DNA from: an uncultured Acidobacteriota bacterium
GTDB lineage: Bacteria; Acidobacteriota; Terriglobia; UBA7540
Direction of reading: 5' to 3'
DNA length: 64,000 nucleotides
NCBI GenBank assembly: GCA_963804995.1
Contig: CAWDSK010000005.1
Span: 32,001-96,000 of the forward strand
Part shown: piece by piece, positions 1-10,650 of the stretch
Numbering within the stretch: the first letter of the stretch is position 1
Layout: each line of letters opens with the position of its first letter
The notes under the pieces: generated by a model
What the model was told of the DNA's origin: nothing
Databases searched by the model: none
The model's input: only the letters and a program-made list of their open reading frames with translations
Program-made: the position numbers and the translations under genes

Positions 1-339
1 CGCCGCGATAAACTGCCGAGGTCCTTCGGCCTGAAAGAACCGGGCCTCAGGATGACAGTGGGTTACGTGCGTGCTTTCCTTTTCGGGGGGTGGCGCCGAT
101 ATCGCATTTTATGTTGGCGACCGCTAAGAAGCCAGAACCGGCTACGGATAGGACGCGGTGACAGAGATGTTGCCCGGGTTCGTGGCGCGCCCCGATGCAT
201 CGGGGCGCCACCCGCCGGCCCTCCTGCCCATTCAATACCTTTTGCCTTTGGTTTACTGGCGCACCCTGATGCGCGAGGCATCGACGGTGATCAATTTTCC
301 CCGATAGTGTTCCATGCGCGGATGGAGTTCGAAATACGG

Positions 340-460
340 TAATGAGATTGGAGACGCAATGATCGGCGAAAAGGCGCAACGCCATCAGGCGGTGACCTCA
401 AATTCGGCCAGGTCACGCGCGTAGTCGAGGCAGGCGGCAATCTGCTGAGGAAGACCGCAA
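340..460 (-). pseudogene. Remnant of a DUF433/DUF5615 (PIN-like) toxin-antitoxin pair
   Basis: Minus strand reads ...QQIAACLDYARDLAEFEVTA* (DUF433-like C-terminus) overlapping by TGATG with MALRLFADHCVSNLI (DUF5615-like N-terminus); both lose similarity at adjacent repeats. Confidence 0.5.
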
Positions 461-467
461 AGTTGCA

Positions 468-662
468 CCACCAAGACACCAAGGCACAAAGGAATAGCTG
501 TAAGAGAAGAATCCCGTGCCGCCTTGAACCAGGCCCCACTGTAACCACCCCGTCCCTCAGCTTTCTTGGTGTCTTTGTGCCTTGGTGGTGGAAAGAAATC
601 TGGGATCTGAGGCGCTTTCACCGACAACAAAAATGAACCACCAAGTCACTAAGACACAAAGA
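468..662. repeat. ACCACCAAGACACCAAGGCACAAAG-type short intergenic repeat (2 direct copies, 1 inverted)
   Basis: Copies at about 468-491 and 638-661; inverted copy at about 561-590. Confidence 0.7.
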
Positions 663-1043
663 AGGAGCTAGAGGAAGGGGCTTTAAAAACTGGTCAGCGC
701 CGCATCAAACGGGTGATTTGTCCGACCTATTTCATTTTTGGGCTACCGGTAGCCCTAAAGAGCGTTTATCTTATTGACATAGCCCAGTCGATTAAGAGCA
801 CAATAGAGGTGAGGAAGAATTGTGCCCTGATGCGTCCAGAAAGCCCTCGAAGAACCGCGGGCCCCAAGATGGGGATCTGCCATGCCAAGCCGTGAAGGCC
901 GGTTTTCCTGGCAAACATTTCGCTGTGTCCTCTGCGTCCCGAAGAGCAGAGGTCACGGAGAGGCTCTGGGGGAGCGGAGCGCCGTGCCAAGACGCGGCTG
1001 AAGTTCTTCCGTTTTTCGGAACACAGCGCCCGCTGTTTGTGAA

Positions 1044-1292
1044 GATGTTCATGAAAATAAAGGTGGTTAGGCGTGAGAAGGGGTTTTTTAGCAAAAACCT
1101 ATCTAGTTGAAATGAATTGAGTTACATTTAACGCGGGTAAGAAGAAAAGCGCAAATCAATCAGGATAGTCTAGCGATGTGTATGAAAACAAAGGAAAATA
1201 AAAGCGGCAATTTGGCAAGTCTAACGATGTTGATGAAAACAAGTAAGTTATGGTTGTTTTGCCACGATGTTTATGAAACTAAAGGTAGTTAG
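1044..1292 (+). repeat. Four AT-rich direct repeats, consensus GATGTnnATGAAAAnAA
   Basis: Copies start at 1044, 1175, 1226 and 1266 in a low-GC, non-coding stretch. Confidence 0.75.
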
Positions 1293-1873
1293 TTAAGAAA
1301 ATGGGTAGGAAAATGGAGCAAGCCGTCGCCATTCGCACCAAGCGTCAGCCTCCAGCCTGGATTGACCCGCCAAGCGGGCGGCGCTGCGTTCAAATGGGGA
1401 GACGATAGAACCCCCATCGAGAACAGGGTCAAAGAAACGGGTGACGTGATGATCGGGGCGAAGCTGGAAGGTGGGAAAAGCGTTGGACAGGAGATCAAAA
1501 GCGGTGATCCCAGCCGCCCCAACCGACCCGCCGCGGCCTCCTACTTCGGCCACCGGTTGTCACTGCGGCGACAGAAGACCGCAACGGCCCGGAAGCCCCG
1601 CAGCGAGCCACGAACCCCATCTACCGAAAATCGCCCGGCCGTGACGCACTTCCCCACATCGGTAATCGGATGGACGGCACAGGAACATGAGCTCAATTCG
1701 GCCGATCAGAGCCTGGCAGTGACGTGCTGCTCCGATTATTCGATCACCCGATCTCCGGATCACCGCATCTCCCGATCCTCAGCCCCCGGCGGCCCGCACT
1801 CCCCCGCTTCGGTTATCGGCGGGCTCGAACGCTGAGGATGAGGGAAATTGAGTGGGCCACAACAGCAGCTTAC

Positions 1874-1963
1874 CCCCTCACCCGTCCCGCCCCGGCTGGT
1901 GAGTACGCCGGCGGCGGTCCACCCTCTTCCGCCACGGCGGATCTACGACCCCTCGGAGAGGGC
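1874..1963. repeat. ~90-bp dispersed palindromic repeat (CCCCTCACCC...GGAGAGGGC), copy 1
   Basis: Near-identical to 18904-18993; contains the internal palindrome TCCGCCACGGCGGA. Confidence 0.85.
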
Positions 1964-2273
1964 TATGAACTTTCGCCATGGACCGATGATCCGATGAATC
2001 AATGGGCCGCTGGCCCGATGATCAAATCGCGCGATCACCGGATCACCCGATCTCCCGATTTCTAGCCCCCGCCGGCACACACTACCCCGCTTCGGATATC
2101 GGCGGTGCCAGGTGAGAAGATGAATCAAAGGTTGACTTCGAAAATCGCCAATCACAAATCGCTATTTACAAATCAGCCGGGCAACCGATGCCTCAATCAC
2201 CAGAACGCAAAATCACTCAATGATCCGATGGCCCGATGACCCGATGGCTCGATTAACCGATGGCCCGATCACC

Positions 2274-3026
2274 CTAGGCCTCATCGGTTCTCTGAATTTC
2301 GTCCACAATCTGGCCGTCGAAGAGGTGGATGGTGCGGTCGGCGAATTTCGAATAGCGGGGGTCGTGGGTCACCATGCAGATGGTGGCGCCCTCCTGGTGA
2401 AGTTCGCGCAGCAGGTTCATCACGGCCTCACCATTCTTAGAATCCAGGTTGCCGGTGGGCTCGTCGGCGAGAAGGATGGAAGGCTTGCCGCCCAAGGCTC
2501 GGGCCACCGCCACGCGTTGCTGCTGGCCGCCGGAAAGTTGCGCGGGGTAATGCTTCATGCGGTGCGACATCCCCACGCGCTCCAGCGACTCCTGCACGCG
2601 CTCGCGGCGCTCGGCGCTGGGCATACCTCGATAGGTCAGAGGTAGTTCCACATTCTCGTAAACGGTGAGATCGCCAATCAGATTGAAGGCCTGAAATATG
2701 AAGCCCACTTCCCGATTGCGAATGCGCGTGCGCTCCGCGATGGACAGGTCCTCAACCTCCCGGTCATGCAGCCAATACTTGCCGTCGGTGGGTGAATCCA
2801 GCAGGCCGATGATGGAAAGCAAGGTGGACTTGCCACAGCCCGAGGGCCCACCCACCGAAAGATATTCGCCTTTCTTAATCTCCAGGTGGACGCCGGACAG
2901 GGCGTGGGTTTCCACTTCATCGGTGAAGAAGACCTTGGTAAGGCCTTCCAGGCGGATTAAAGCCTCGCCATTTCCAGCCGGCTTGCGGCTTTCAAGCTGT
3001 GTGCTCATTTCGTTCGAGTCATCCAT
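2274..3026 (-). CDS. MacB/LolD-type ABC transporter ATP-binding protein
   Basis: Walker A GPSGCGKS, signature LSGGQQQRV, Walker [14 protein letters not shown]-loop VTHD. Confidence 0.95.
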   Translation of the reverse strand: MDDSNEMSTQLESRKPAGNGEALIRLEGLTKVFFTDEVETHALSGVHLEIKKGEYLSVGGPSGCGKSTLLSIIGLLDSPTDGKYWLHDREVEDLSIAERTRIRNREVGFIFQAFNLIGDLTVYENVELPLTYRGMPSAERRERVQESLERVGMSHRMKHYPAQLSGGQQQRVAVARALGGKPSILLADEPTGNLDSKNGEAVMNLLRELHQEGATICMVTHDPRYSKFADRTIHLFDGQIVDEIQRTDEA

Positions 3027-3078
3027 GACTAGCTCCTTCGATCAGGTTAGGTTCTGCCACCGAGGGTCGAATCCGCGC

Positions 3079-3756
3079 TCACTTCGGCGCGCCCGTTCCT
3101 TCCATCCACCCATCGCGCAGCGTGATAATCCGATGGCCATAAGCTGCCCAGTTCTCGTTGTGGGTGACTTGAATAATGGTCGTGCCTTCTCCATTCAGTT
3201 TCTTGAACAGCTCCATGATTTCCTTGCCTTGGCTGGTGTGCAGATTGCCGGTGGGCTCGTCGGCAAGAATGAGCTGGGGATTGGCGATGACCGCGCGCGC
3301 CACCGCCACCAATTGTTGCTGCCCGCCCGAAAGTTGGCTGGGGAAGAGGTCTTTCTTCCCCACGATTTGGAAGCGATCGAGCGTATCAGCGACCCGAGCC
3401 TGCCGTTCACTGGCTTTTATGTCGCGATAAGAAAGCGGGATATCCAGGTTTTCCGCCACCGTCAGGCCGTCGAGCAGATGATACTGCTGGAAGACGAGGC
3501 CAATGTGCCGCTTGTTGAGTACGGCGCGCTGCCGCAGATTGAGCTTGTGAATGGGCTGGCCCAGGAGGTGATACTCACCGCTCCACTCGCTGTCGAGCAT
3601 GCCCAGGATGCAAAGAAGCGTGGTCTTCCCGGCGCCCGAGGGCCCCATGATGGTAAGGAACTCGCCTTCCCGGATTTCGAGATTAATGCGCCGCAGCACC
3701 CAGTACCGCCCCACCCCGGCGGGGTACGATTTCTCGACATTCATCAGTTTAATCAC
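3079..3756 (-). CDS. MacB/LolD-type ABC transporter ATP-binding protein
   Basis: [30 protein letters not shown]. Confidence 0.95.
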   Translation of the reverse strand: MIKLMNVEKSYPAGVGRYWVLRRINLEIREGEFLTIMGPSGAGKTTLLCILGMLDSEWSGEYHLLGQPIHKLNLRQRAVLNKRHIGLVFQQYHLLDGLTVAENLDIPLSYRDIKASERQARVADTLDRFQIVGKKDLFPSQLSGGQQQLVAVARAVIANPQLILADEPTGNLHTSQGKEIMELFKKLNGEGTTIIQVTHNENWAAYGHRIITLRDGWMEGTGAPK

Positions 3757-3773
3757 AGTGACACCCCTTGGAC

Positions 3774-6209
3774 TTATTCGTACCTCAGCGCCACCAGAGG
3801 ATCGACCTGGGTGGCCCGTCGCGCGGGGAGGTAACAGGCAAAGAAGGCAATCCCCGCCAGGAGCACTGCGACGGCGAGCAGCGTGACCGGGTCCGCCGGC
3901 CGGACCCCATAGAGCAAGCTGGCGAGGAAGCGGGTCAGCCCCAGCGCCGCCGCCAACCCAATCCCCGCTCCCATCGCCGCCAGCGTCATCCCTTCGGCTA
4001 GTACGAGCCGAAGGATACTCCAGCGTGACGCACCGAGCGCCATACGCACGCCCAGTTCATGAGTGCGCCGGGTTACCGCGTAGGACATTACTCCGTAGAT
4101 TCCCACGGCGGCCAACACCAAGGCCGTGGAAGCGAAGATGATGAGCAGCAACATAGTGAAGCGCCGCTCCGCAAGCGACTCCGAAATGACCTGCTCCATG
4201 GTGCGGACAGCGTAGATAGGCTGATCTTCAGTGGGCCCGGCCACTTGTGCCCGTACGGCAGAGGCGACGCTCAAGGGATCGGGCGAGGAACGGACGGAAA
4301 GGATCAAGCCTGCAACGACCTCCGGCATAAACGGGTCGGGCACTTGCAGGAAGGGAAAGTACATCTGGTCCCGGATATTGGACGTGTCGTCGGAATCAAG
4401 ACCCCATTGCTTGACGTGCCGAACCACTCCAACGACCTGGACGGAGCCGAGCAACATCAGGTTGATCTGTTTACCGACGGCCTCCTGACCGGAGAAAAGG
4501 TGTTTGGCCATGACATCATCGATCACCACCACCGAGGACGAAGTGGGGGTATCGCGATTCGTGAAGAATCGTCCCGCCAACAACGGGATGCCCATCACCC
4601 GGAGATAATCGGGAGTCGCAATGTAGAACACCGCCGCGGACATCTGGTCTTGCGGGGGCTGCGTTGCCGCGCCCACCCAGTAGCCAATTGAACTGTCCCG
4701 CCAGCCGAGCGGAATAATCTGCGAAATGGCAGCCGCCCGGACCCCCGGGATGCCCGACACACGGTCGAGCAACTGCTGGTAAGCAAGCCGGATGGCTTGG
4801 GGACTGGCCATGACGCTGGGTGACAGCGCCACCTCTGAAGTCAAAACGTTGTGAGGATTAAATTGGGGGTCCACTCGCCAAAGTCTCCAGATGCTTTGAA
4901 TCATCAGTCCTGCGCCGGCGAGTAAGACGACCGCGAGCCCGACCTCGACGACCACAAAAACTCCCTCGGCGCGGTGGCGCCCTCCCCCGCTGCCACGGGT
5001 ACCTTCTTTCAGAGACTCCTGGGGGTGGACATTCGAACTGTGGAAGGCTGGGGCGAGGCCAAAGGCGATGCCGGTAAGAATCGAAATCCCCAGCGTAAAG
5101 AGCAGCACGGAGGGATCGAGCCCGATCTCCAGGGCGCGCGGCAAGTCCCCCGGCGCCGCGGCCAGGACAACGCGAGTTCCGGCGTAGGCGAAAAGCAACC
5201 CCAATACGGAGGCGCCCAGCGCCAGCATCACACTCTCGGTCAGAAGTTGGCGAATCACGACCAGACGGTTGGCGCCCAGTGCCGTGCGAATAGCGAACTC
5301 GCGCGCGCGCGCCGCGGAGCGCGCCAGTAAGAGGTTCGCAACGTTGGCGCAAGCGATGATCAGCACGAATCCCACCGCGCCCAGTAACAGCAGCAGCGTG
5401 GGCCGGATGTCAGCCACCTGGTCGCTTTTCATCTCGACCACCGTCACCCCGCGCCCCGCATTCGTTTTCGGGTACTGCTCTGCCAGAACTTTGCCCAGGG
5501 AAGCTATTTCAGCTTGGGCTGCCGCCAGGGTTACACCCGGTTTCAGCCTCCCCACCACGCTCAGTCCCGCGTGCACTTCCCGGTTGCGTAGTTGAACGGA
5601 GTTCCATTGCTCGAGTGGAACATAGACAGGAGCCTCCTCGCGGAATCGGAAGTCCGCGGGCAGAACTCCCACCACCGTGCAGTTCTTGGCATTCAGGGTA
5701 ATCGCCTTGCCGAGGATGCCCCGGTCGCCGCCGAAACGCCTCTTCCACAGTCCGTAACTCAGTATCACGGCGCCGCCAGCCCCCTCCCGATCTTCCTGCG
5801 GCAAGAAGTTGCGTCCCAGGAAGGGATTCACACCGAGGACCGGAAAGAGGGTCGCCGTGACATACTCGCCCTTGAGGTGTTCCGGCTGGCCTGAACCCGT
5901 GAAGTTAAGGTCGTCACCGCGGAAGGCTGCGATGTCTGTAAAAGACCGTTGGTCGCGGCGCCAGTCGAGGTAATTCGGGTAGGCAACAGAGCTATGGCCG
6001 AAATCCCTCGAACTCTCGTAAAGCATCATCAGCCGCTCGGGCTCCGGGTAAGGCAGCGGCCGCAGAAGCACGCCGTTCACCACGCTGAAAATCGCCGTAT
6101 TGGCGCCAATGCCGAGCGCAAGCGTCAACACGGCCACCGCCGTGAACCCGGAATTCTTCGCCAGCATGCGCAGGCCGTAACGAATGTCTTGGAAGAGTGT
6201 GTTCATCAT
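3774..6209 (-). CDS. ABC transporter permease, ADOP (duplicated MacB_PCD/FtsX) type
   Basis: N-term [36 protein letters not shown], internal [14 protein letters not shown]-term PARRATQVDPLVALRYE; 811 aa. Confidence 0.95.
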   Translation of the reverse strand: MMNTLFQDIRYGLRMLAKNSGFTAVAVLTLALGIGANTAIFSVVNGVLLRPLPYPEPERLMMLYESSRDFGHSSVAYPNYLDWRRDQRSFTDIAAFRGDDLNFTGSGQPEHLKGEYVTATLFPVLGVNPFLGRNFLPQEDREGAGGAVILSYGLWKRRFGGDRGILGKAITLNAKNCTVVGVLPADFRFREEAPVYVPLEQWNSVQLRNREVHAGLSVVGRLKPGVTLAAAQAEIASLGKVLAEQYPKTNAGRGVTVVEMKSDQVADIRPTLLLLLGAVGFVLIIACANVANLLLARSAARAREFAIRTALGANRLVVIRQLLTESVMLALGASVLGLLFAYAGTRVVLAAAPGDLPRALEIGLDPSVLLFTLGISILTGIAFGLAPAFHSSNVHPQESLKEGTRGSGGGRHRAEGVFVVVEVGLAVVLLAGAGLMIQSIWRLWRVDPQFNPHNVLTSEVALSPSVMASPQAIRLAYQQLLDRVSGIPGVRAAAISQIIPLGWRDSSIGYWVGAATQPPQDQMSAAVFYIATPDYLRVMGIPLLAGRFFTNRDTPTSSSVVVIDDVMAKHLFSGQEAVGKQINLMLLGSVQVVGVVRHVKQWGLDSDDTSNIRDQMYFPFLQVPDPFMPEVVAGLILSVRSSPDPLSVASAVRAQVAGPTEDQPIYAVRTMEQVISESLAERRFTMLLLIIFASTALVLAAVGIYGVMSYAVTRRTHELGVRMALGASRWSILRLVLAEGMTLAAMGAGIGLAAALGLTRFLASLLYGVRPADPVTLLAVAVLLAGIAFFACYLPARRATQVDPLVALRYE

Positions 6210-6383
6210 TTACCTATATATACGTGCATAGGACCATCGAAGTTCAAAACTCGAAATTCGAAACTCGGAAGCAAACTCACAATTCGCGTCTACGTGTTTC
6301 GATCTTCGAGTTTCCCTTGCCATCAACCGACCACCGGATCACCAGATGAACCGATGACCCGATGGCCAGATGACCCGATTCCT

Positions 6384-8809
6384 TCACTCATACCTCAACG
6401 CCACCATGGGATCCACCTTGGTGGCGCGGCGGGCGGGGATGTAGCAGGCGACGAGCGACACCAGGCACAGCAAAAGCGCCACCGCAGCATATGTCAACAC
6501 ATCGGTCGCGGTAACTCCAAAGAGCGCGCTTTCGAGGTAGCGAGTAACCGCGAGGGATACCACAAGGCCTACACCCAAGCCGGCCAGGGTCAACAGCAGA
6601 CCTTGGCTCAGCACCAGCCGGAAAACGTTCGCGCGCTGAGCTCCGAGCGCCACGCGAATGGCAATCTCATGGGTGCGTTGGCGCGTCGTGTAAGCGATCA
6701 CTCCGTAGATACCGACAGCCGAGAGAATCAGGGCGAGCAATCCAAAGGCGCCGGCGAAGGTTCCCGAGATCCGCTCAAAGGAGCTCCCCATTTGCATGCT
6801 GGACTTCAGGGTTGTCACCCCGAACACCGGCAAATCGGGGTTGAGGTCATGGACCGTTCTTTCCACCGCCGCGGCGTAAGCCTGGGGATTGCCCGAAACC
6901 CGCGCGTGAATGATCACCGGATCAACGTTATCCTGGAACAGAGGCAGAAACACCACCGGCGCCGGAGCATAAACCAGGCGGCGGTACTTACCGTTGCGAG
7001 CCACGCCCACCACCGTATGCCACTCGCCCCAGACGTGGATCCTTTTGCCGAGCGGGTCCTGACGCGGCCAGTAACGGTCGCAGAACTCCTGATTGACGAT
7101 GGCGACCAGCTGCGACCTCTCGCCATCTTGGGCGGTAAATTCCCGCCCCGCGACCAGAGGAGTCCGCATGGTCCGAAAGTAATTCGGACCTACGTTGGCG
7201 CGATCGATTTCCATCGATTCACCAGGCTGGGGGACGTAACCATCGGCTTGTACAATGTCCGAGTGGAGGGTGAAGCTGAGCGGCGAGAAATCGGCCAGCG
7301 TCACCGACTCAGCCCCGGGGAGGGCTTCAAGTTTCGAGAGCATTTGGCGGTGGAACGCGATGCCTTCGCCATCGGAATAGTGCAAGGGCCCGAGCTCATA
7401 AGAAGCCAACAGAACATGGTTGGGGTCAAAGCCGGGATCCTGGCGCTGGGCGTTCTGCAAGCTGCGAATGAACAGGCCGGCCGAGATCAGCAGGAGCAGC
7501 GAAAGGGAGATTTGCGCCACTACCAGCGCGCTCGAGAGCCGCAACTTCTGGGGTCCGCCCGAAAGAGTGCCCGCCTCCTCCTTCAGCACCGCGACGGGGG
7601 CCAGGCCGGAAGCGCGCAGCGCCGGGAGGATTCCGAAAATGCTGGCGGTAAGAATCGAGAGGGCCATCGTCGCCAGGAGCACCGTGCGGTCGGCGTGCCC
7701 ATTGAGTGTGAGCGGCAAGTTTGCGAGGGGCGGAAAGAAAGCCGCAAACGTCCCGGCCGTCCACGTGGTGAGCACCATGGCGAGCGCGCCGCCCGCCAGG
7801 GCGAGCAAAAGGCTTTCGACCAGCAGTTGACGCACCAGCCGCCAACGGCTGGCGCCCATGGCCAGGCGCAGGGCAACCTCGCGCCGCCGCGCCACCGAGC
7901 GCACCAGCAGAAGATTCGCCACATTGGCGCAGGCCAGCAAGAGCAGCACCGCCGCCAACGCCAGCAGCATGGGCAGGCCCTTGTACATGTAGACGTTCGC
8001 TCCAAAGGGCGAGCGCCAGAGCGGGTCCAGCGTGATCTGGTTGGGGCCGCGGTGCGAGTCGGGAAACTGCCGGACGATGCGCTGCATCTGGAGGTTGAGT
8101 TCCTCCTCGGCTTGCTGGCGGCTGACCCCGGGCTTGAGCCTCCCGAGCGCGTTGAGCCAGAAATCGTCGCGTTCGTGGAGCTGCTCTCCCCTATAAATCA
8201 AGGAAATCCAAAGATCCGTGCGCACTCCGGTCGAACATCCCTGAAAATCCGGAGGAGTTACTCCCACAATCGTGCACAGGATCCGGTTGAGCTGGAGGGT
8301 CTTGCCGATGATGGACCGGTCCCCCCCGAAATGGCTCTGCCACAGGGCATAGCTGATCACCACCGACGGTGTGCTTCCGGGTTTTTCTTCTTCCACCGGC
8401 AGGAGGCCGCGACCGAGGATGGGTTTGACGCCCAGCACCTCGAAATAATTCGCGGAGACGTTCCCACAGTAGAGGCGCTCCGGCGTGCTCGTGCCGGTGA
8501 GGGAAATGAAATCCTCGTGGTACGCCAGGAGGCCCGACAAGCTCTGGGTTCTCGACGCAGGTCCACATAATCCGGGTAAGAGAACGGCGGAGTGGGGTGT
8601 TCGCTACGCTGCCCCCTCATAAGCGCAACCAGGTCGCCGGTGTGGGGTTGCCCGGGAATGGGATTAAGGAGCGTGGAGTTGATCCAACTGAAGATGGTGC
8701 TGTTGGCGCCGATCCCGAGCGCGAGTGTCAGTACCGCCACGGCGGTGAAGCCGGGATTCTTGGCCAGCATGCGCAGACCGTACTTGAGATCTTGAATCAA
8801 AGTGCTCAT
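6384..8809 (-). CDS. ADOP-type ABC permease with one apparent 1-nt deletion frameshift near 8553
   Basis: N-terminus in ORF 8357-8809 ([15 protein letters not shown]...YPDYVDLR) continues in the frame of ORF 6384-8540 (SGLLAY...[10 protein letters not shown]); adding one base at GTCGAG joins them. Confidence 0.9.
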
Positions 8810-9007
8810 GGTTTACCTGGAATCAGTTTATCGGCTCATCTGGCCATCGAGCCATCGGTTCATCGAGGACCGAAATTCGAAAATCGAAATTCGAAACTCG
8901 GCGGCCAACTCGCATTTCACATTTTCGAGCTTCGATCTGCAAATTTCGATTCTCCCTCGCACTCATTCGATCTCCCGATCACCGGATCACCCGATCTCCC
9001 GATCCGC

Positions 9008-10258
9008 TCACTCCAGCCGAATCCGGTTAAAGGCATCCCAAGCCGACATATCGGAAAGGATGACTTTGTCGCCGGGCTGCAAGCCGCTCAGAATTTCGAC
9101 CGCATTCACCGAAGCGTGGCCCAGCTTTACCTGCACGCGGCTCGCGACCTTGCCACCCTCCTCGAGCCGGAAGATACCCACCGTGCTGTTAGGCTGGCCA
9201 AACGCCGGGCGCCCCACGTAGACGACGTCGGCAAGATTTTCAAGTTCGATGGTGCCTTCCACGCTCAAGTCGGGCCGCGCGCCCTTGGGCAGCGCGTCAT
9301 CCAGGTGGACGTCCACGGTCACCGTTCCGTTCTGCACCGCGGGGTCAACCCGCATCACGTGACCGGCGATAATGCCGTTGCGCGTATCGATGGAAGCCGG
9401 CTGGTTGGCTTGCACATCCTTGGCTTGCGTCTCCGGAATCTTGAGCTGCGCCTTGAGCTTGGTGGGCTGGGCGACCTTGGCGAGAGGCGCTCCGGCGGCG
9501 ACGCGCTGGCCGACTTCGACTTCCAACTCCTGGAGCACCCCGTCGGCGCCGGCACGCACGTGCAGCGCATTCAGTTGGCTCTTCTTCAGTTCAGCCAGGG
9601 CGCGCAACTGCTCAACCCGCGCCTGTTGCGCCTCAAGCTGAGCCTGGACCGAAGCCGCGCTCACGGCGAGGCGTTGCTTCTCAATGTCGTTGCGCGTCGC
9701 CAACGCTTCCACCTTGGCGCGTGTCACCTTAGCATTCAGCTCCGCGCCCAATCCCAACTTGGCCAACTCCGCATCCTTCTCCGCGTTCAGTTGGGCTTCG
9801 GTGTAGTCGGATTGCACGGTCGCCGCGGAGGCTTTCTGATCCAGAAGCTGGCTCGCCAGTTGCGCCTTCAGGCTCTTGTACTGCTCCTCGGCGGCCTTCA
9901 GTTGCCAGTCGGCGTCGAGGGCGGCCTGCTCAAGTTCCGGGTTGCTCAGCTCAAAGATCAGCGTGTCGGCTGTGACCGGGGTGCCGGGGAGAATGAACCG
10001 GCGGGCTACCCGCCCGTCGGTGACGGCGGGAATCCAAAGAATCTCCTCCGGGACGAGGCTACCGAGACCCCGCACCTGCAAAAGCATCGGGCCGCGCTTT
10101 ACCACGTCAACCCACACCGGGCTTTCCACAATCGGAGCAGCAGGCTTCAGGCGCGACAGACCGTACGTCACCGAGCCAATTACCAGCAGCCCGCCCAGCA
10201 GGTAAACCATCCGGCGGATGCGCCGGGCACGGATAGCGGATTCACGAGGAATATCCAT
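9008..10258 (-). CDS. Efflux periplasmic adaptor (HlyD/MFP family)
   Basis: N-terminal TM segment, VKRGPMLLQVRGLGSLVP, coiled-coil hairpin, C-term EILSGLQPGDKVILSD; likely start MDIPRE at 10258. Confidence 0.9.
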   Translation of the reverse strand: MDIPRESAIRARRIRRMVYLLGGLLVIGSVTYGLSRLKPAAPIVESPVWVDVVKRGPMLLQVRGLGSLVPEEILWIPAVTDGRVARRFILPGTPVTADTLIFELSNPELEQAALDADWQLKAAEEQYKSLKAQLASQLLDQKASAATVQSDYTEAQLNAEKDAELAKLGLGAELNAKVTRAKVEALATRNDIEKQRLAVSAASVQAQLEAQQARVEQLRALAELKKSQLNALHVRAGADGVLQELEVEVGQRVAAGAPLAKVAQPTKLKAQLKIPETQAKDVQANQPASIDTRNGIIAGHVMRVDPAVQNGTVTVDVHLDDALPKGARPDLSVEGTIELENLADVVYVGRPAFGQPNSTVGIFRLEEGGKVASRVQVKLGHASVNAVEILSGLQPGDKVILSDMSAWDAFNRIRLE

Positions 10259-10280
10259 AAGAATCTCCGCATTACAGAGG

Positions 10281-10405
10281 GCACGCCGCATGCCAGCCCT
10301 TCGGCGCATCTAACTCATAGTAGTTACAGGAGTTGGAGCAGCGCGCGGAAGTTTATCCCAAGGGGGAGTGTTCGTTAATGGGATTGGACTGCCCGATACC
10401 GAACA
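10281..10405 (-). promoter_or_regulatory. Putative sigma54 promoter with two upstream enhancer-binding-protein boxes
   Basis: Minus strand TGGCAT-GCGGC-GTGC (GG-N10-GC) at 10295-10281; imperfect palindromes TGTTCGttaaTGGGAT (10369) and TGCCCGatacCGAACA (10390) are 21 bp apart. Confidence 0.6.
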
Positions 10406-10650
10406 CGGCGAAAGGGCTTCTTCCAAACCAAACGGCAACCTTTGTTACGAGTGACGAGGATTTTGAGCGCGTGGGGACTGGCCTAATGACATAGGTGTTC
10501 TCAATAAAGCCGTAACTAATTGAAGCAAAGTGTGTTAGAGTTTAATTCGATGGCTCCCAATCGTTCCTTTGCTCATAAAGCGGGAAGTGAATGGCGGGCA
10601 GATTGTAACGTTCCCCAAGGCAATTCCCACATAGGTAAGGAGAGACTAAT

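Noticed and set aside
5949..10378. Long + strand ORFs (873 aa, 593 aa) and similar antisense ORFs over rpoBC, tuf and the TonB-dependent receptor
   Set aside because: Shadow ORFs of well-supported genes, expected in high-GC DNA.
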